This document shows positions 13,209-27,384 of a stretch of 64,000 bases of DNA, piece after piece. The notes under the pieces were generated by a model. That model did no database searches. It saw only the letters and a list, made by a program, of their open reading frames with translations, and was not told where the DNA came from. The stretch covers positions 20,524,001-20,588,000 of the forward strand of contig CM052832.1 in assembly GCA_028534125.1 (NCBI GenBank), read 5' to 3'. The DNA comes from Lama glama. Lineage: Eukaryota. A program made the position numbers and the translations under genes. Each line of letters opens with the position of its first letter. Position 1 is the stretch's first letter.

Positions 13209-16200
13209 CATAACAACTAAGAAAAAGAAAAACCTGTTGAACATGAGGTTAAATTGAGACGTTTACCTAACAACTAACAGAACAGAAACATGATTCTTCT
13301 GTCATCTCTCTCTAACCACTACTGTCAGAACTGCTCGGTAAAATCCGCCTTTGTGTCCTTCAATGTCACCTCAATCAGATTCTATCATTTTTAACTATTA
13401 TCAGTTGCTTAAAAGTTTAGGCTAATTTAACTCAGTTTAAAATTTCAGTCTCCAGCCTGGGGAATGCTTTTGCTTCCCCTAGTCCATGTGACTCTCAACC
13501 CTGTCGGCCACAACCTGCTGCTCTCTCTCCTGCCCTCCTCTCTCTTCTGAGCCCTCCCATCTCTGAGTTGTCCCACCAGGAGGATGGGTGGGACAAAAAA
13601 AAGGGGAAAATTCCTTAGATGGTGCTGCTGTGTGTCATCTTTAGGCTGTGTCATCAGAGCTCTGTGTCACAGGTCAATGGATACTTGCTATCATAGAGGG
13701 AGAATGCTGGTCCCTGAAGAGGCTCTGCAGAGGTACTGTTTCCCACGTGCCACATGAGTTCGTGTAACCCCCTTGACTCCTCTACTTGGCTCCGATCCGC
13801 CACAATACACCTTTTCAGCATCTTAATGTTGGGGTCTCCTCACAGGGCAGACTGACCACCTGCCTTCACAATTCTCCATCATGTCCCTCAAACTCCTAGG
13901 GACACTATCAGATTCTCTCAAGCATCAATTGTAACTGACATCTCTTTCAGCTGCTCAAAGATTGTTTTTTTACATATGCTTGGCTTCACAATTTTACTCT
14001 GAATGATTATGTATTTAATAAAAACTCAAATGTGAAATGGGGATAGTACACGCATCTAAGCAATAGACCATCACCCATGGTTACGGCCAGTATCACATAC
14101 ACAACTAAACCAGTGGTCAAACACCCAGCCCGATTTATGCTGGAGTTGCAGAACATTACAGCCTCACTTGTCTGAATGTGAGACATTCTTGGGGCTGAGC
14201 TTACAGGGTTTCCAGCGTGCTTTAATTTTCACATGGCACAAAAGACATTAGTCAAGTTGACTCTATGATAATGCTGTCAAGAGCTGTCAAATACATATAT
14301 TTTCACTATTCTCACATTTCCTGTTTCCTTGATTGAAATCCGTGATGGTAAGTGGCACCAAGTGGTTCCAATTCTCAAACTTAGGAACTGAGTACTGACC
14401 TCATTTGTAGCATAATGAAATATCTCTTTTAAAATGTTTTATAGGTTCCATTGTTACTAAGGGGGACTTGTCTAACTTTGGAAGGAAAGCAAAGTCACAT
14501 TGCCCTGACAGTGGATGGCTTTCTTCTCACGAGCATTTTGCTCGTGAGAATCTCGTCACTTTTTAGAGTTCATAATCAGAAACCACAAACGCTGACTCTC
14601 ACGGAAAACTCTATTTCTGGGATTTGGGTAACGAGTTATCCCAGTCACTAAATAAAGTTCTACGTGCCAGAAAAGAAACAGTTACATTAAACAAGTCTGC
14701 CAGATACTTGAAGTGCAGAGGGAATATTAGGAGGTTTAGGTTAAAGATGGGTGTTTTATACCATGACAACAATAAAAACCCTGACCACCCTGTTTGAATA
14801 GAAAGGGTTTTAAATAATTCATGTACACTACAGTTTTCATAAACTGCATGCTTCTTTCACACGTTTAAAGAAACTTAACACCTCTTCAATTATACGCTGT
14901 AAATAATACTGACCAGGAAGCAAATAAGACAGTGGATAAGCGCATTAGAATTTGGTTGAAATCACTGCACTTTCTTCATTTTTCAAAGAACATGAAATTA
15001 ACACTCATAGTCCATCCTTAGCTCTCACGAAATAGCCCTCTTCCCCATTAATGCAAAAATATTCAAATGTTGAGCTTTTAAAAATGTATCTGTGAAGTTA
15101 TCAATGCTAATCTATAGTTTTCAGAAATTCTTTCTTATAAATTTCCTATGTAAATTTATCACTTGCTAACATAGGAAGAAAAAAAAGAACTTCACTGTTA
15201 TCTTAGAAAAGGAGGTGGAAGTGGAAGTATTTTATCATAAAGAAAGCTGGGACTCAGAAAATTTTTTTTGGAAAATGTATCTAAATGCTTGCTGCTACGT
15301 GTGTATAAAGAAATTTTGTTCTTCTTGAGTAACGGGGCATAATTTTGCATAAAAATATTCCTGTGGTTCCCCCAAATTTCTCAGGAAGTGTCTGATGGGT
15401 TTACCTGAAAATGCTGCTAGAATCCTCTGATAAGACATGATGCACAGCACAGGGACAAGGCTGAGCCGCTCACCAGAAGCCATCAGTGAGAACTGGACCT
15501 GGCCTGCATCACAGTCCTATTCAAACCATGCAAAATTTGAACATTTTGCTTGGTGCAGAAAAATTTCGCCAGATCCCCTTTTCTACTTTTTATGACAATT
15601 CTACTTTAATTCTCTTTAAATCTTAAGCTTCATTTTTTATGATTATAGCTGCTCATCATTCAAATAAGGCTTCAAAAGGTTGGTAATACTAGAAAAAGAC
15701 CAAAGGTATATTTATAGGTCCGATAGCAAAGCCTAATTAGAAAATTAATTAATGATCATTTTTGTGCATATTTACATTAAAATCCAATTTGGTTCGATTT
15801 CAACAAAATTTAAATTCCAGATAAGTTATGCCAGTATATCAAAGAGTAGATCAAGAAAGCTGAATAAAGTTTTGGTTTTAATAAAAGAGCTCCTAAGACA
15901 TATAGATGTTACCCAAATGAAAATGTAAACAACTCACAAACGTTTCAATGGTTCTACCGTGCGCACCTCAATCTTAAACTTCGGAATTTATCGGATGAAG
16001 TTACTAATGCATGATCACAAATTGACATCCATTAATCTACTCTGCCACCCACCAACATTTCCTGGTTATACTGCTAAAATGATCTTTGCCCCTGAAATAG
16101 CATCCCTGTCTATTTCCAGAAAGCCAGTGTTTAAAGCAGAGAGTCCACTTGCTAATGAGTATTAATACCTTCTTGAGTGCCAATAAAATACTTCCTGAAA

Positions 16201-19200
16201 TGAGATCTGAGGTCAAGTGAAACTATTTTACACATCGAGGCACCACTTACTCATTAACTAAGCAAAACACTGAAAAGAAGGCCTAGAATTTTACCTCCAG
16301 GAGAAGAGTTTCTTGGATGTGCAAGATGAGGCAACCCTCTATTATTTAATTTCTTTAGAAAAGCAATAATTCTTTGAAATGCCATAGACAATGTCCTTTC
16401 ATTTAGTCATTTATTGATTAATTAATTCATGAGGCATTTACTCTGGCCTACTCAACTCAAGCACACATATTAAGTGTTAGGAATTTATTTCAATTTATAG
16501 CTATATGGCTGTAGCTGAAATCTTAGGAGATGGTGACCAACAGAGAGGAAGACCAGAAGATTCATCTAATATTTGATGCATTTTATCAGGCTTCAGGAGC
16601 ACAACAGGGAACCAGGGTCTTTGGTGACCGACTGCATTATAATAAGCAGGGCAGCAAGGTTAAAAAGGCAGCCACGCAGCTAGAATGAATTCAGCAAACT
16701 GCATCTCACTAACACGTTTGGTTTAAAAAAAAAAAAAAAAGAAGAAAGAAAAAGAAATGTATGAATTCTGAGCTACCCTGAATCACTAGCAGGCTCTTTC
16801 TAATTACTAACAGTGACAGGCCTGTCCTCTCAGTTGCAGCTGGGTGCCCCAGGCATCTTTACAGCAAAACCAACAAATGATTGGAATACAACGATTAAAA
16901 CTCAAAACCAAAGCACAGTTGGAGAGTTTTTTTTTTTTTTTTAACAAGGCTGCTTGAAAGTCTTGTGTCTCAGGTTGACAAGATCATAGAAGACACAGAA
17001 GGACAACGCAAGGTCAAATCTACATCTCATCTACAAAGAATAAACTGGTTTTCTAATCCATCTACTGTAGCTCACAATCTAGGGGACGATACAGGATGAA
17101 CAGCAGGGTCCTGAGTACAAGGACCACACCGGTGACCTCAAGCGCCCTGCTCTGAATAATGGCCATTATTGGAGGGAGGTGGTGGCAGCAGTAGCAATAT
17201 GCCATCATCTGTTCTCCGGAGCCAGAGAGGGAAAGTGCAGAAAGAGCAGCCCTGAAGACAAATGCTATGCTAATTATTTTTGCAATATAATTCTTGGGGG
17301 CATCTATTTATCTGAACATCACAAACAGCCCTTCGAGCGTAGCATGAGGCACCTTGCCATTAACCATCTGTGGCTCAGGGTTGGTTTGTCTGTTTTTCAG
17401 ATTTGATAAATATACGGTATCCATCCTGGTCCTGCCAGGGCAGGAAAAGAGATCAAATGTGCAGTTGCTGTGAAAGAAGGTTCTCTTTGACTCTCTCTAA
17501 TAACACACAAGGCAACGGTGTCAGTGTGAAGGTTTGGGGGCTATCGGTGTCCACCATTTTTAATGTGTTTGTTTTTATTTATATTCAGTGTGGAGAGAGT
17601 CTCTTTAAGCAGTTTCTAGGGTGAGCACAGCCAAGGGGCCAGAGGACTGTTCTTCTGCATGGTGGAATGTTTGTTTCTGAGAGTCGATACAGTGATATTT
17701 TCTGGAGGAGGCAGGGAAGCGACCTCTCAGGGAAGTGGAGATAGGAGAAAGTAGACTGGGTTTTGGTTTTGGTGTGTTTGTTCCACACTTAGCACTTGGG
17801 ATGTAAAATACCACTTTCACTGTTCTCCCACTCTTTTTAACCGACAAAGTCAGAAATATTACAGAGTACCTGCATTAAATGACATCTGCTTGGCATTCAA
17901 ATACATATAGCAAGCAACATGATTAAAATATAGTTAGAGAACCCATTTCGCATGACAGTCACCAGAAATACGAGAAGGTGGATGCTCAGCTACCTCGTTA
18001 ATCGATGTGGCCCACCAGCCTTTTTCTGCCTCACCAAGGGAAACTTACTGTGGATTTTTTCCAAGGTCTGACATTCAGACCTAAAGGCAATGCCTGCTAC
18101 TGGGTGAGCAGCTGTTAAGAATGTCAATCAAGTGGAAATAGCAAAACTACTGGTTTTCTCTATAGTGTGAAAGGGGGCTTTTAACTTCTCGTAAACCATC
18201 TCTTGATACATTCTGCACCATCACCCAATCCAGGCTTATACTGCTCATCTAAAACACTGGCACTTCAAACCAGGAAAACAAAACAAAAACAAGGCTTCTC
18301 CTTGGGAGACTGAATAGAAAACAGGACCCCTGAAACATATCTGATTTATAGCTATTATATCAACTCCAAATTCTGCTCCCTCCAGGAAACAATTCAGAAT
18401 CTGGACGAGAGAGAGATTTTTTAAAAAGGAAAAGGTTTTCAAAACCTAAAATGACTTAAGACTATCAATAAATTCAACCTCTTTCTGATACAATCTAAAT
18501 AAAACTTGGACCTTAAGAGTTACAATAGAAATTTGTCTCTAAAATATTCCACACCTGCACACATACTCCCCTCCTCGCCTATGCACACGCCAGTGTGAAT
18601 CACTCAGGGAGATTAGCTGGTAAAGACTGGCGTGGGGAACTGTTCTGGTGAATATCCCTACCCTGCAAACCTTCATCTACGGGCATACAACCACAAGGTG
18701 CCTCACAAATCCTCCATCAGGTTACGCCGGCCTCTAACCCCTACCACAGCTGGTAGCTCACATGAAATTTACCTCTCGTGTGCACAAAACTCTCCTGACA
18801 CTGAGGTGTGCTATTAACATCTTCCCACATTGGACTCCGCTACTTTAAATTAGTTGAAAAAATGAGTCTCTATGAAGCACTCTACTAGGTACTGCAGAAG
18901 ATATGGAAAACTTCATGGTCCTTGTGATTGAGTATTTTCTATTTAAGGAGGAAAAAAAGCATATAAAATGTTAAATGATACAAAGATAAAACCTTGGTCT
19001 ACACTGCAGGGCAAAAGATGCCACAGGGACGTGTTTGATAAATGTGCAAAAAGTGCAACTGAGCAACCATTTCAAGTACGATGGGGTTTGTGTGTCTTCT
19101 CTGCTGTGAGATGTGCCACTAGTAATTTATCATAAATCATGAATATTTGAGTTTGTGGAGTATTTACATTTTCATATCATTCAAGGTCATCTTTATAAGG

Positions 19201-19339
19201 ATGCCACTATTCACTTACACTCTGATGTGACAAAAGGCGGGGGCAAGGACAGTGAGAGCCCCAGGTGCACACGTAAACTTGGCTGCCACCCTCACTGCCC
19301 TACCTAATGCCGCACAGCTTCCTTTGTGCCGCCCTTCTT

Positions 19340-19535
19340 CCCTTGCTCCGGTTTTCCCAGTGACATTATAACCTTTTAACATACAATGTAACTTCTTTAC
19401 TTGTTAAGTATAGTCTTAACTGCCTTTCTCAACCTGCTCAGACGGAAGCATCAAGAAGCCAGGTGCTTTGGTGACATGGCCTCATGATGTATCTCAAGCC
19501 CTGACACATGGTAAGCGCTCAATACATGGATGCTA
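19340..19535 (+). mobile_element. L2 LINE 3' fragment
   Basis: Ends cctgacacatggtaagcgctcaatacat, the L2/MIR 3' terminus. Confidence 0.5.
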
Positions 19536-19698
19536 TTTTGTTTTTGTTGTTACTGAACACACATAGAATGTTTACTGCCTGGAAGTCTCTGGGATCTTTT
19601 TCTATGCATTAGAAAGACTGAATCATTTGTATGTATAGCCGATGGTGCTGTGAATTCACAGTAGGATAGAAATATTTTGTTCTGTTAAAAGGGTTTAA

Positions 19699-20602
19699 AC
19701 CGATAGACATTTCTCCAAAGAAAACATACAGATGGCCAACAGGCACATGGAAAGATGCTCAACATCACTAATTATTAGAGAAATGCAGATCAAAACTACA
19801 ATGAGGTATCACCTCACATCAGTCAGAATGGCCATCATTAAAAAGTCTACAAATAATAAATGTTGGAGAGGGTGTGGAAAAAAGGGAACCATCCTACTTT
19901 GCTGGTAGGAATATAAATTAGTGCAGCCACTATAGAAAGCAGTATGGAGGTTCCTTTAAAAAATTAAAAATTGAGTTCCCATATGATGTAGCAATCCCAT
20001 TCCTGGGCACATATCCAGAGAAAACTCTAATTCAAAAAGATACATGCACACCAATGTTCAAAGCAGCACTATTTACAATAGCCAAGACATGGAAGTAAAC
20101 TAAATGTCCATTGACAGATGACTAGATAAAGAAGATGTGGTATATATGTACAATGGAATATTACTCAGCCATAAAAATAATGAAATAATGCCATTTGCAG
20201 CAACAAGGATGGACCTAGAGATTATCATACTAAGTGAAGTCAGAGAAAGACAAATAGCATATGATATCACTTATATATGGAATCTAAAGTATGATACAAA
20301 TGAACTTACTTACAAAACACAGACTCACAGACATAGAAAACAAACTTACGGTTACCAAAGGGGGAAGTGGGGAGGAGAATAAATTAGGAGTTTGGGATTA
20401 GCAGATACAAACTACCATATCTAAAATAAACAACAAGGTCCTATGCTAAATCACAAGGAGATATATTCAATATCCTGTTATAAACCATAATGGAAAAGAA
20501 TATGAAAAAGAACATATATATACGTGTGTGTGTATAACTGAATCACTATGCTATACACCAGAAACTCACACAACATTGTAAATCAACTACACTTCAATTT
20601 TA
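19699..20602 (+). mobile_element. 5'-truncated L1 (ORF2 C-terminus plus 3'UTR)
   Basis: Translates to [58 protein letters not shown], the L1 ORF2p C-terminal region, with stops further on. Perfect 12-bp TSD aaaagggtttaa at 19687-19698 and 20603-20614, at a TT/AAAA endonuclease site. Confidence 0.97.
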
Positions 20603-22784
20603 AAAAGGGTTTAATTTGAAATGGGCCATAGATTCCTAAGAGCCTTACAATATCTCAAGTTTAAATTTAACATAGTTGAAAACATATGTTCCTCACCTAG
20701 TCATTCTCTGATCATGTCTGATATTATCGCAGCCTGAAATCATCATTGTATTTACTCCTGGTTTATTTGTCTGTTTTTCCCGCAGAACAGAAGCTTCCTC
20801 CGGGTGGATAGCTTGTCTGTCTCACTTGCTGCTCTGTCCCCAGTGTCTCCACAGCCCAAAGACAGTTTCTCCCTCTAACAAACCCAAAACTGTGAAAGCA
20901 AAGCTGCTATTTCATTGTGTATCATTCAGCTGATTTTAATTTTTACAAGAAAAAAAAAAGTGACTCTCGTACCTGGAAGGGTGATGCTTATCTTTTTCTA
21001 TTTTGGCTTTGTTTTAAAGGCTGTCTGAGGTGTAGTCATCAAAGTATCCACTGACTGAAATCAGTGCTTTCGCCCTGACCTCTCAGGGTGAAAACAAGGA
21101 CAAAAAGAAAAGAATATAAGTTGATGGTAAGCACGGGCGGAAATACACAGGTGGCCATGGAGAGGTATGTGAAGTAGCCGCACCGAGGGCAAAACGAATG
21201 ATGGACACTTTCTGACTATCAGAAGAATCACAAGTGGAAGGGAAAAAGCAGGTCTTGTTGACAAGTGACAAGTGGTGAGAATGTAGCTGAGCTGAACATA
21301 GTTTCTAATAAAGTGTTAAGTAGATTACCCAGAGAGGTGGATAATAACTGCACTAAAGAGTTGGCCAGAGTGCAGGGAGGAAAAAGATGCAAACGCAAAA
21401 TTAAGTGACACTTGGTAAATCACAGGGGACATGAAACCTGAGAGAGTTTCTGGAAAGAATGGTCAATCCCTCGTAACACTCCAATGTCTTTTAGTAATCG
21501 AATTGGGAAGCTCATTAAAATTATGTGTGAAGAGATAGATACTCTGGCAAAAAAGACAAGGGAGCAGAGACATAAGCGCAGCAATACAATGACTGTATCT
21601 GCAGATGAAAAACAGCAGGACTATACAGTACTGGAGGAGATGCACTTAAGAAATACCCACTGGAAAACGGTGAGTGAATTCTAGGGAAATAACAGGAGCC
21701 ATCAAACTGGCCACAGGAGGGATGAGTCAGGCCCCAAAAGAGAAATATTTAAAATTGGATATGCTTGCATAAAATAACTCAGCCAACAGTCGGGGAATTT
21801 AAAGAAATGATTTAAAGTGCAATATGAGGAAATGCGAGGATAAGATTTCAGTTTCTCTCCATGTACGGACAGAGTAAACATAGAATATCACGACAGGGAA
21901 GCTGCTACTTTTTTTTTTCCTGAGTGGACCATTTTCTGTATTCATAGAGAAGAGCCACCTATCATCACAAAGGAAATACCACTGTGAAAATCGGCAATTC
22001 AGGAGTTATGGTGTTTACTATAGTCAATATATGATCAACATTGTGCAACCACTACCAATAAGTGGGTTGTAACGCATCCAAAATCAACAAGCAAATTTAA
22101 TTTACTAAGGAGTACCTATAAAATAAGTTCAAATTATGGAAGCCATACTCCTATTCTGATTTGTATTTTCTTATCTTTTCACTGAGGAGATAATCTCTTC
22201 ATGAAAGACTTGAAGGTATCTAGCTCTTACGAAAAATTAAATGAAAGTCATATACTTCTGTCACCTGCCCCCCCCTTTTTTAACAGTAATACTGTCCCTT
22301 AGATAAGCTTCTAATCAGAACCTGAGATGCTTCTTCACTTTTCAGGGCTGCATACTATTCCAATACATGGTCAAACTCACTGCAAATACATACATACACC
22401 AATGAACCTTGAAGTTAATTCCAAACTTTTGCTATCACAGCACTGTAATGAAAAAATCTTACATATATGCAATTTTCCACACACAAGAGTATATTTGTAG
22501 CATAAATTCCCAGATAGACGCCCTCCATAGAACTTTGCTGAGACTATTAAGGATGGTGGAGGGTCACCAGATGGAGTATTGCAAGAACCAAAGGATAAAA
22601 TAAAACTTATTCTGCCACCTTAATATTGGGAAGCAGTGGAATCATGCAAGCAAAACAGGAAGGAGTGGTAACATCAGACAGAGGCCTCCAGCATTTCCTA
22701 AATAGAAGTGATAAGTTGAGCACTAATTATTTCAAATTGGATGGTTAGTTCTCTGGACTACATGGAAGGGAAGTGAATTTCTGT

Positions 22785-22965
22785 GTATAGCATGCCACTT
22801 TTGTGCTGAGTACTGTTTGACATCTTAACATATATGAGCTATTTTGCTTCACACAACAAACCTGTCATATCAAAATCATTATCACAACTTTTAACTGAGG
22901 GAAACTGAGATCACATGGTTCTCAAATAGTGGAGCCAGAAATTGAATCTAAGTCTGGGTGGCTCC
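22785..22965 (-). mobile_element. MIR SINE
   Basis: cattatcacaacttttaactgaggggaaactgagatcacatgg...agtggagccagaaattgaatctaagtctg. Confidence 0.7.
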
Positions 22966-23175
22966 CAATTCAGATGCCATCAAGGGGTTTTCTACACTAA
23001 AGGAAGTTGATCATGAAGAGTCAAGTTATTAAAGAGAAAATAGAACATAAGGAGCTGGGTTTATTGTGTTCAACATGCTTACTCACACTGACTCAGATGG
23101 TCACACTGGATAATTTGATTTATCCTTCTTGGGCTTCAGTCTTGTGAAAGTTTGTCATTTTATGAAACCAGCATC

Positions 23176-23204
23176 TACATACATACATACATACACACAC
23201 ACAG

Positions 23205-23231
<27 letters not shown>
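23176..23231. repeat. (TACA)n/(CA)n microsatellite
   Basis: Read directly from the sequence. Confidence 0.95.
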
Positions 23232-23235
<4 letters not shown>

Positions 23236-23387
23236 AACCTTATTTTATCAATGATATACACTATTAAAAAAAAATCCTCAGGCTCCTCTTACTGTGTTTT
23301 ATTAGGCATGACAAAATTCCCTGAGTTTTCCTAGGAGGGCTCCTCATCCCTAGGAGAGATGAGGGTGAAGAAGAACAAAAGGATTTA

Positions 23388-23540
23388 GTCATTCATTTAT
23401 TTATTTCCTTATTAGCCACCATTTATTAAATGCCTGATGTGAACCAGGTGCCTTGCTAGGTTCTTAGAATAAGCAAAATGATCATAGTTCCTATCTGCAT
23501 AGGCAGTACAATCTATTGGTTGATACAGACCAGTAAAGGG
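23388..23540 (-). mobile_element. L2 LINE 3' end fragment
   Basis: tcattcatttatttatt...catttattaaatgcctgatgtgaaccaggtgccttgctagg. Confidence 0.65.
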
Positions 23541-26169
23541 ACTGGAGAGAGATGGAAGAGATGTGGATAAGAGAGTAGAGGAGATAGAAATGGAGTAAGG
23601 AAAGCTGGGGTCTTACGAGAACACAGTGGACTGATGCTTAATTCTGAAGCAGTAATTTAGGGGAAGGTCATCAGGGAAGAAGGGAATAGAGCTGTCAGCT
23701 TCCTGGACAGAAAAACGAACTTGTGCCTGATTGTGATTAAATCAAAGTAATTAAAAACAAGGAAGAAAACAGTGCTCCCCAACGGCCCACAGTCCTCGGG
23801 CACTGACCACACCCCAGGACAGGAAGTGGGTGGAGTCTGGTACTCTCTGAACCCCACACCAAAGACTTGGCCACACTGTGACTAGCACTGCCCTTGATCA
23901 ACATAGGCCCCAAGCAGCCCCTGGCCATCTGGAGCCTTTCACCATGACCTCTCCCGTGTATCCTCTGGCATTCTCAAGACCATTTCAGTGATGCTGAAGT
24001 TTACGTGGAAAATCAGACTGCAAAGAGAAAGCTGTCTGAGGTCAGTTACTCTAGAAAATCCCTTGAGAGGTCTCTATTTTAGCGATCTCAAAGCCTAACA
24101 TGGTCAATCTTTCCACCAGGCGTAGGAAAGAGAAGCATTTATATGTAAGCCAAAGAGCTGGCTTGTGAGAATGGGGCCATATTGTGTGGTGAATAGATCC
24201 CATTCCTTTAAGTATATTAAATTCTTAGAGATGTCTACAACAAGTGAGTTGTCGACACCGTAAGAGACAGAAGGAAGGACAGATCCAAGTTCTCCTTGGC
24301 ATACTTATACTTAATTGCTGAAAATCTGGGCCAAATGGTTGATCCGTGACTCCTGTCTGAAGAAGACATCAACAAGAGAGTTCTCCTGCCTACCTGAGGG
24401 CTGAAGCATTGTGAAAATGATGCTCCATTTTACATGGTTTAACAGATGACTCAAATATTGGGAAAACCTGAATAAAATAAACAGCATTACTTTGGCATCA
24501 GAAAGTGATTTCTCTGGCTCTCTGAGAATTGTCAATGCTCTTCAAGTCAACTGATGTAGGAAGCTACTTACGTGGACACAAAATCACACCAACCTGCACA
24601 TGTCCTTAGTCTATGGGCCAGTTTACACTGCCTCCCAGTTTTCAGAGTTAGAATGTATTCAACCTCACATATGACTTTTACTCCATCACCATGATTATAA
24701 GGAGTATTTGACAGCAGACTTTCACGCTTTTAGGAAATATCTATTGTGAGCTTATTACGGCGTGTTTTGGGAATAAGCAGAATACGATCAGTATGAGCAT
24801 AAAGTGCTACAGAAACACGGAAGGTGGCTCCTACCTTGCTGGCCAGGCTCAGAGGGGGAGGCAGCTCTGTCTAAACACAAGGAGCAGCATGTGTGCTTAG
24901 CACGTGCGGCAGAAGCTTTTCTTTGACAAGAGTGTTGAAAGTCAAGTGAAGGTGCCCTAGGCCCTGACTACTACATTTTCAGGAAACATAAAAGGGAGGT
25001 ATGAACCGGAAGAATCTGCACCACGAGTGATAATTTGTAGAGCGGGTGAGAGTTGGAAGAAAGAAACAAAACTTACAAGCCTCAGTGGCATCTCAGTCCC
25101 TTGACAAAGTGACATGACCAGTGATGTTTGTGTGAAATATTAACTACTTGGGACAGCCTTACAGAAACCAATGCGCTAAATGTGTCTGCAGGTCATGCAC
25201 CGACAGTGTGACACACGTTTACATGCAATGCTTAAACACGATCTTCAGAACCCTCATGAACACAGCTGGATCCCCCCAACACAGCACAGCATGTGCAAGA
25301 GGCCAGGCGGTGCTCTTTGTTCAGTAAAGTAACTAATTCTTGATTAGTAATTTTGTCGCTGAGACATATTGTTCAGAAGAAAACAAAAAATGGCACTGGA
25401 ATTACGGGGAATTTTTAAATCAAAGAAATTCTTTAGCAAACAGCATCTTTTTAGTCCACTCAAAACATCTTTTGGCCACCAGAGCATACATACAGAGTCT
25501 ACTGCCCAAAGAGGGCTGAGAACACTGATTTCTCAAGTTTCCCTTTCTTTACTGGGTTTTAGTTGTGTTCCCTAACTCTGTGACTCGTTCTGTAGGTGTA
25601 CTATTAGCCAGATCACCACTTTCACTACCATATTATAGTCACCAAGAAAGCACATGTGTGCGATGCTCTCTAATAAACCCCAACTTTTTCTATCTTTAAG
25701 ATTAGAAACAAAAAGAGGAAGGAAGAAATAATACAAAGAGAAGAACTCAAATGGTAATAATTTCATTTTCTATCTTTCAGGTTATTGAATCATTTCAGAA
25801 GACATACCTCCATAAAGAAAACCTTATCAAAATCACAGGCCTGCCTGTGGCAAACATACCAATCCACATTCAGACTTCCTATAGTCACAAACTTCTTGAA
25901 ACACACTGAAGGTGCCATTGTCCTCATCATTTCACAAAGTCATTTACGACAGAACAATTCTAACAACTGTCAGGTGCCCCAAATGTTTTTTATTATTAAT
26001 TTATTTTTACACACCCACAAGTAATGTTAGCTAACATATTCTTTGCCATACAAATTTCTCAATGTTCACGTCAAACTAGGAGAGGAGAGTAAGGACTCTC
26101 ATTTTATTCAGTAGGAAGTTCTAAACAATAGGAAACAGTAAAATAGAATAAAACATAGCACCTATGATT

Positions 26170-26378
26170 CAGAATGAGAAAGATGTGCACCTTTGAATTT
26201 TGGTTCAACTTCTAGCTGCCTGACCTTGGGAAAATTACTTATCAACTCTGAACTTGTTTCCTCAGCTTTGAAATAGAGATCATAGTAGGTACTTAATAGG
26301 GCAGTTGTATTAATAAAGACTTCAAGTGTAGAACATAGTATATGGCCTGGCTCACTTTAGAGACTCAATATTTGTTAC
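26170..26378 (+). mobile_element. MIR SINE
   Basis: ttctagctgcctgaccttgggaaaattacttatcaactctgaacttgtttcctcagctttgaaatagagat, the MIR core. Confidence 0.75.
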
Positions 26379-27384
26379 TCTCCTGATTACCTGTTATTAC
26401 TACTAAAATAACATTTTTTTTAAACTTCTGATTTCATGGTTAGTGCTTTTCTGAATGTGCAATTCAGGGGACACAGAGTAGACTTGGATCATCAAAATTT
26501 GTATTTGAATTCTGCGTGTTCTGTAAAGTGCAAGAAAAGCCACTTAACCTCTCTGAACCAGAGCTGTTTCTAAGGGGGAAGTGTGACGAACGCCTCCCTT
26601 GCTGGATTATTACAACGACTGAACAAAGCCATTCTTCCGTGTGCACGGTACACATTCATTCAACAGTAACTCCTAGTAGTAATATGATTGCAATAGCAGT
26701 AGTTGAAAAGCAAGGAATCATCTGATTTATATGCCTTGGAATAAAATAATACTATCTTACACAGGGATGGAAAAATAGGGTTGTCTTCAGTCGCCAGCCC
26801 TACTGGTTAGTGATGGTCTGGCATGTTCTGTAAGGAGGACTCAGTATTTACTACATCTCTGCATGCATGCAGTGTTGGATGAATACAGAAACTGAAACCC
26901 AGCATGCAATTATCATTAAGTGGACCCAAACAGCCCCAGATACTTGCACCAAGCACTGAAAAGACACAAAATATTCTGTAGATACCAATTTTAAGAACTG
27001 GAAATAGAAAGCAACTCCCTTTTCTTCTTGTAAAAGGTGTTGGAGGAAATAGTGACAAGATTTGGGTTAGCGGCAACAAAAGAAGAACCAATCCTCTCGC
27101 CCTTATTTTTCTCCAAACCTGTTGTCTGGCAAAGCATGCAGATAATCAGAAACTCAGCGACCATGCCAGGTGTCAGTATTTGAACATTTTAAGTTGACTT
27201 ATTCCTATTCATTCTGATCAGCAGCAGTGATGACTATAAATGAAGAGTAGACTCCTTAAGATAACAAAGGTTTATCAAAAGCAATTCTAAATATCCTGGC
27301 ACATTACAGATGTACAGAAAACAGGAGCATTACATGTAAGAATCAATTCTTCAGAAACCAAAGGGAACAGACCTGAGATTTGTT

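Noticed and set aside
20137..20382. 81-aa ORF (MVYMYNGILLSHKNNEIMPFAATRMDLE...)
   Set aside because: It lies within the L1 ORF2 end and 3'UTR and is not a host gene.
21280..21700. Possible CR1/L3 RT remnant and a 66-aa ORF
   Set aside because: Only vague motif resemblance, which cannot be supported without a profile search.
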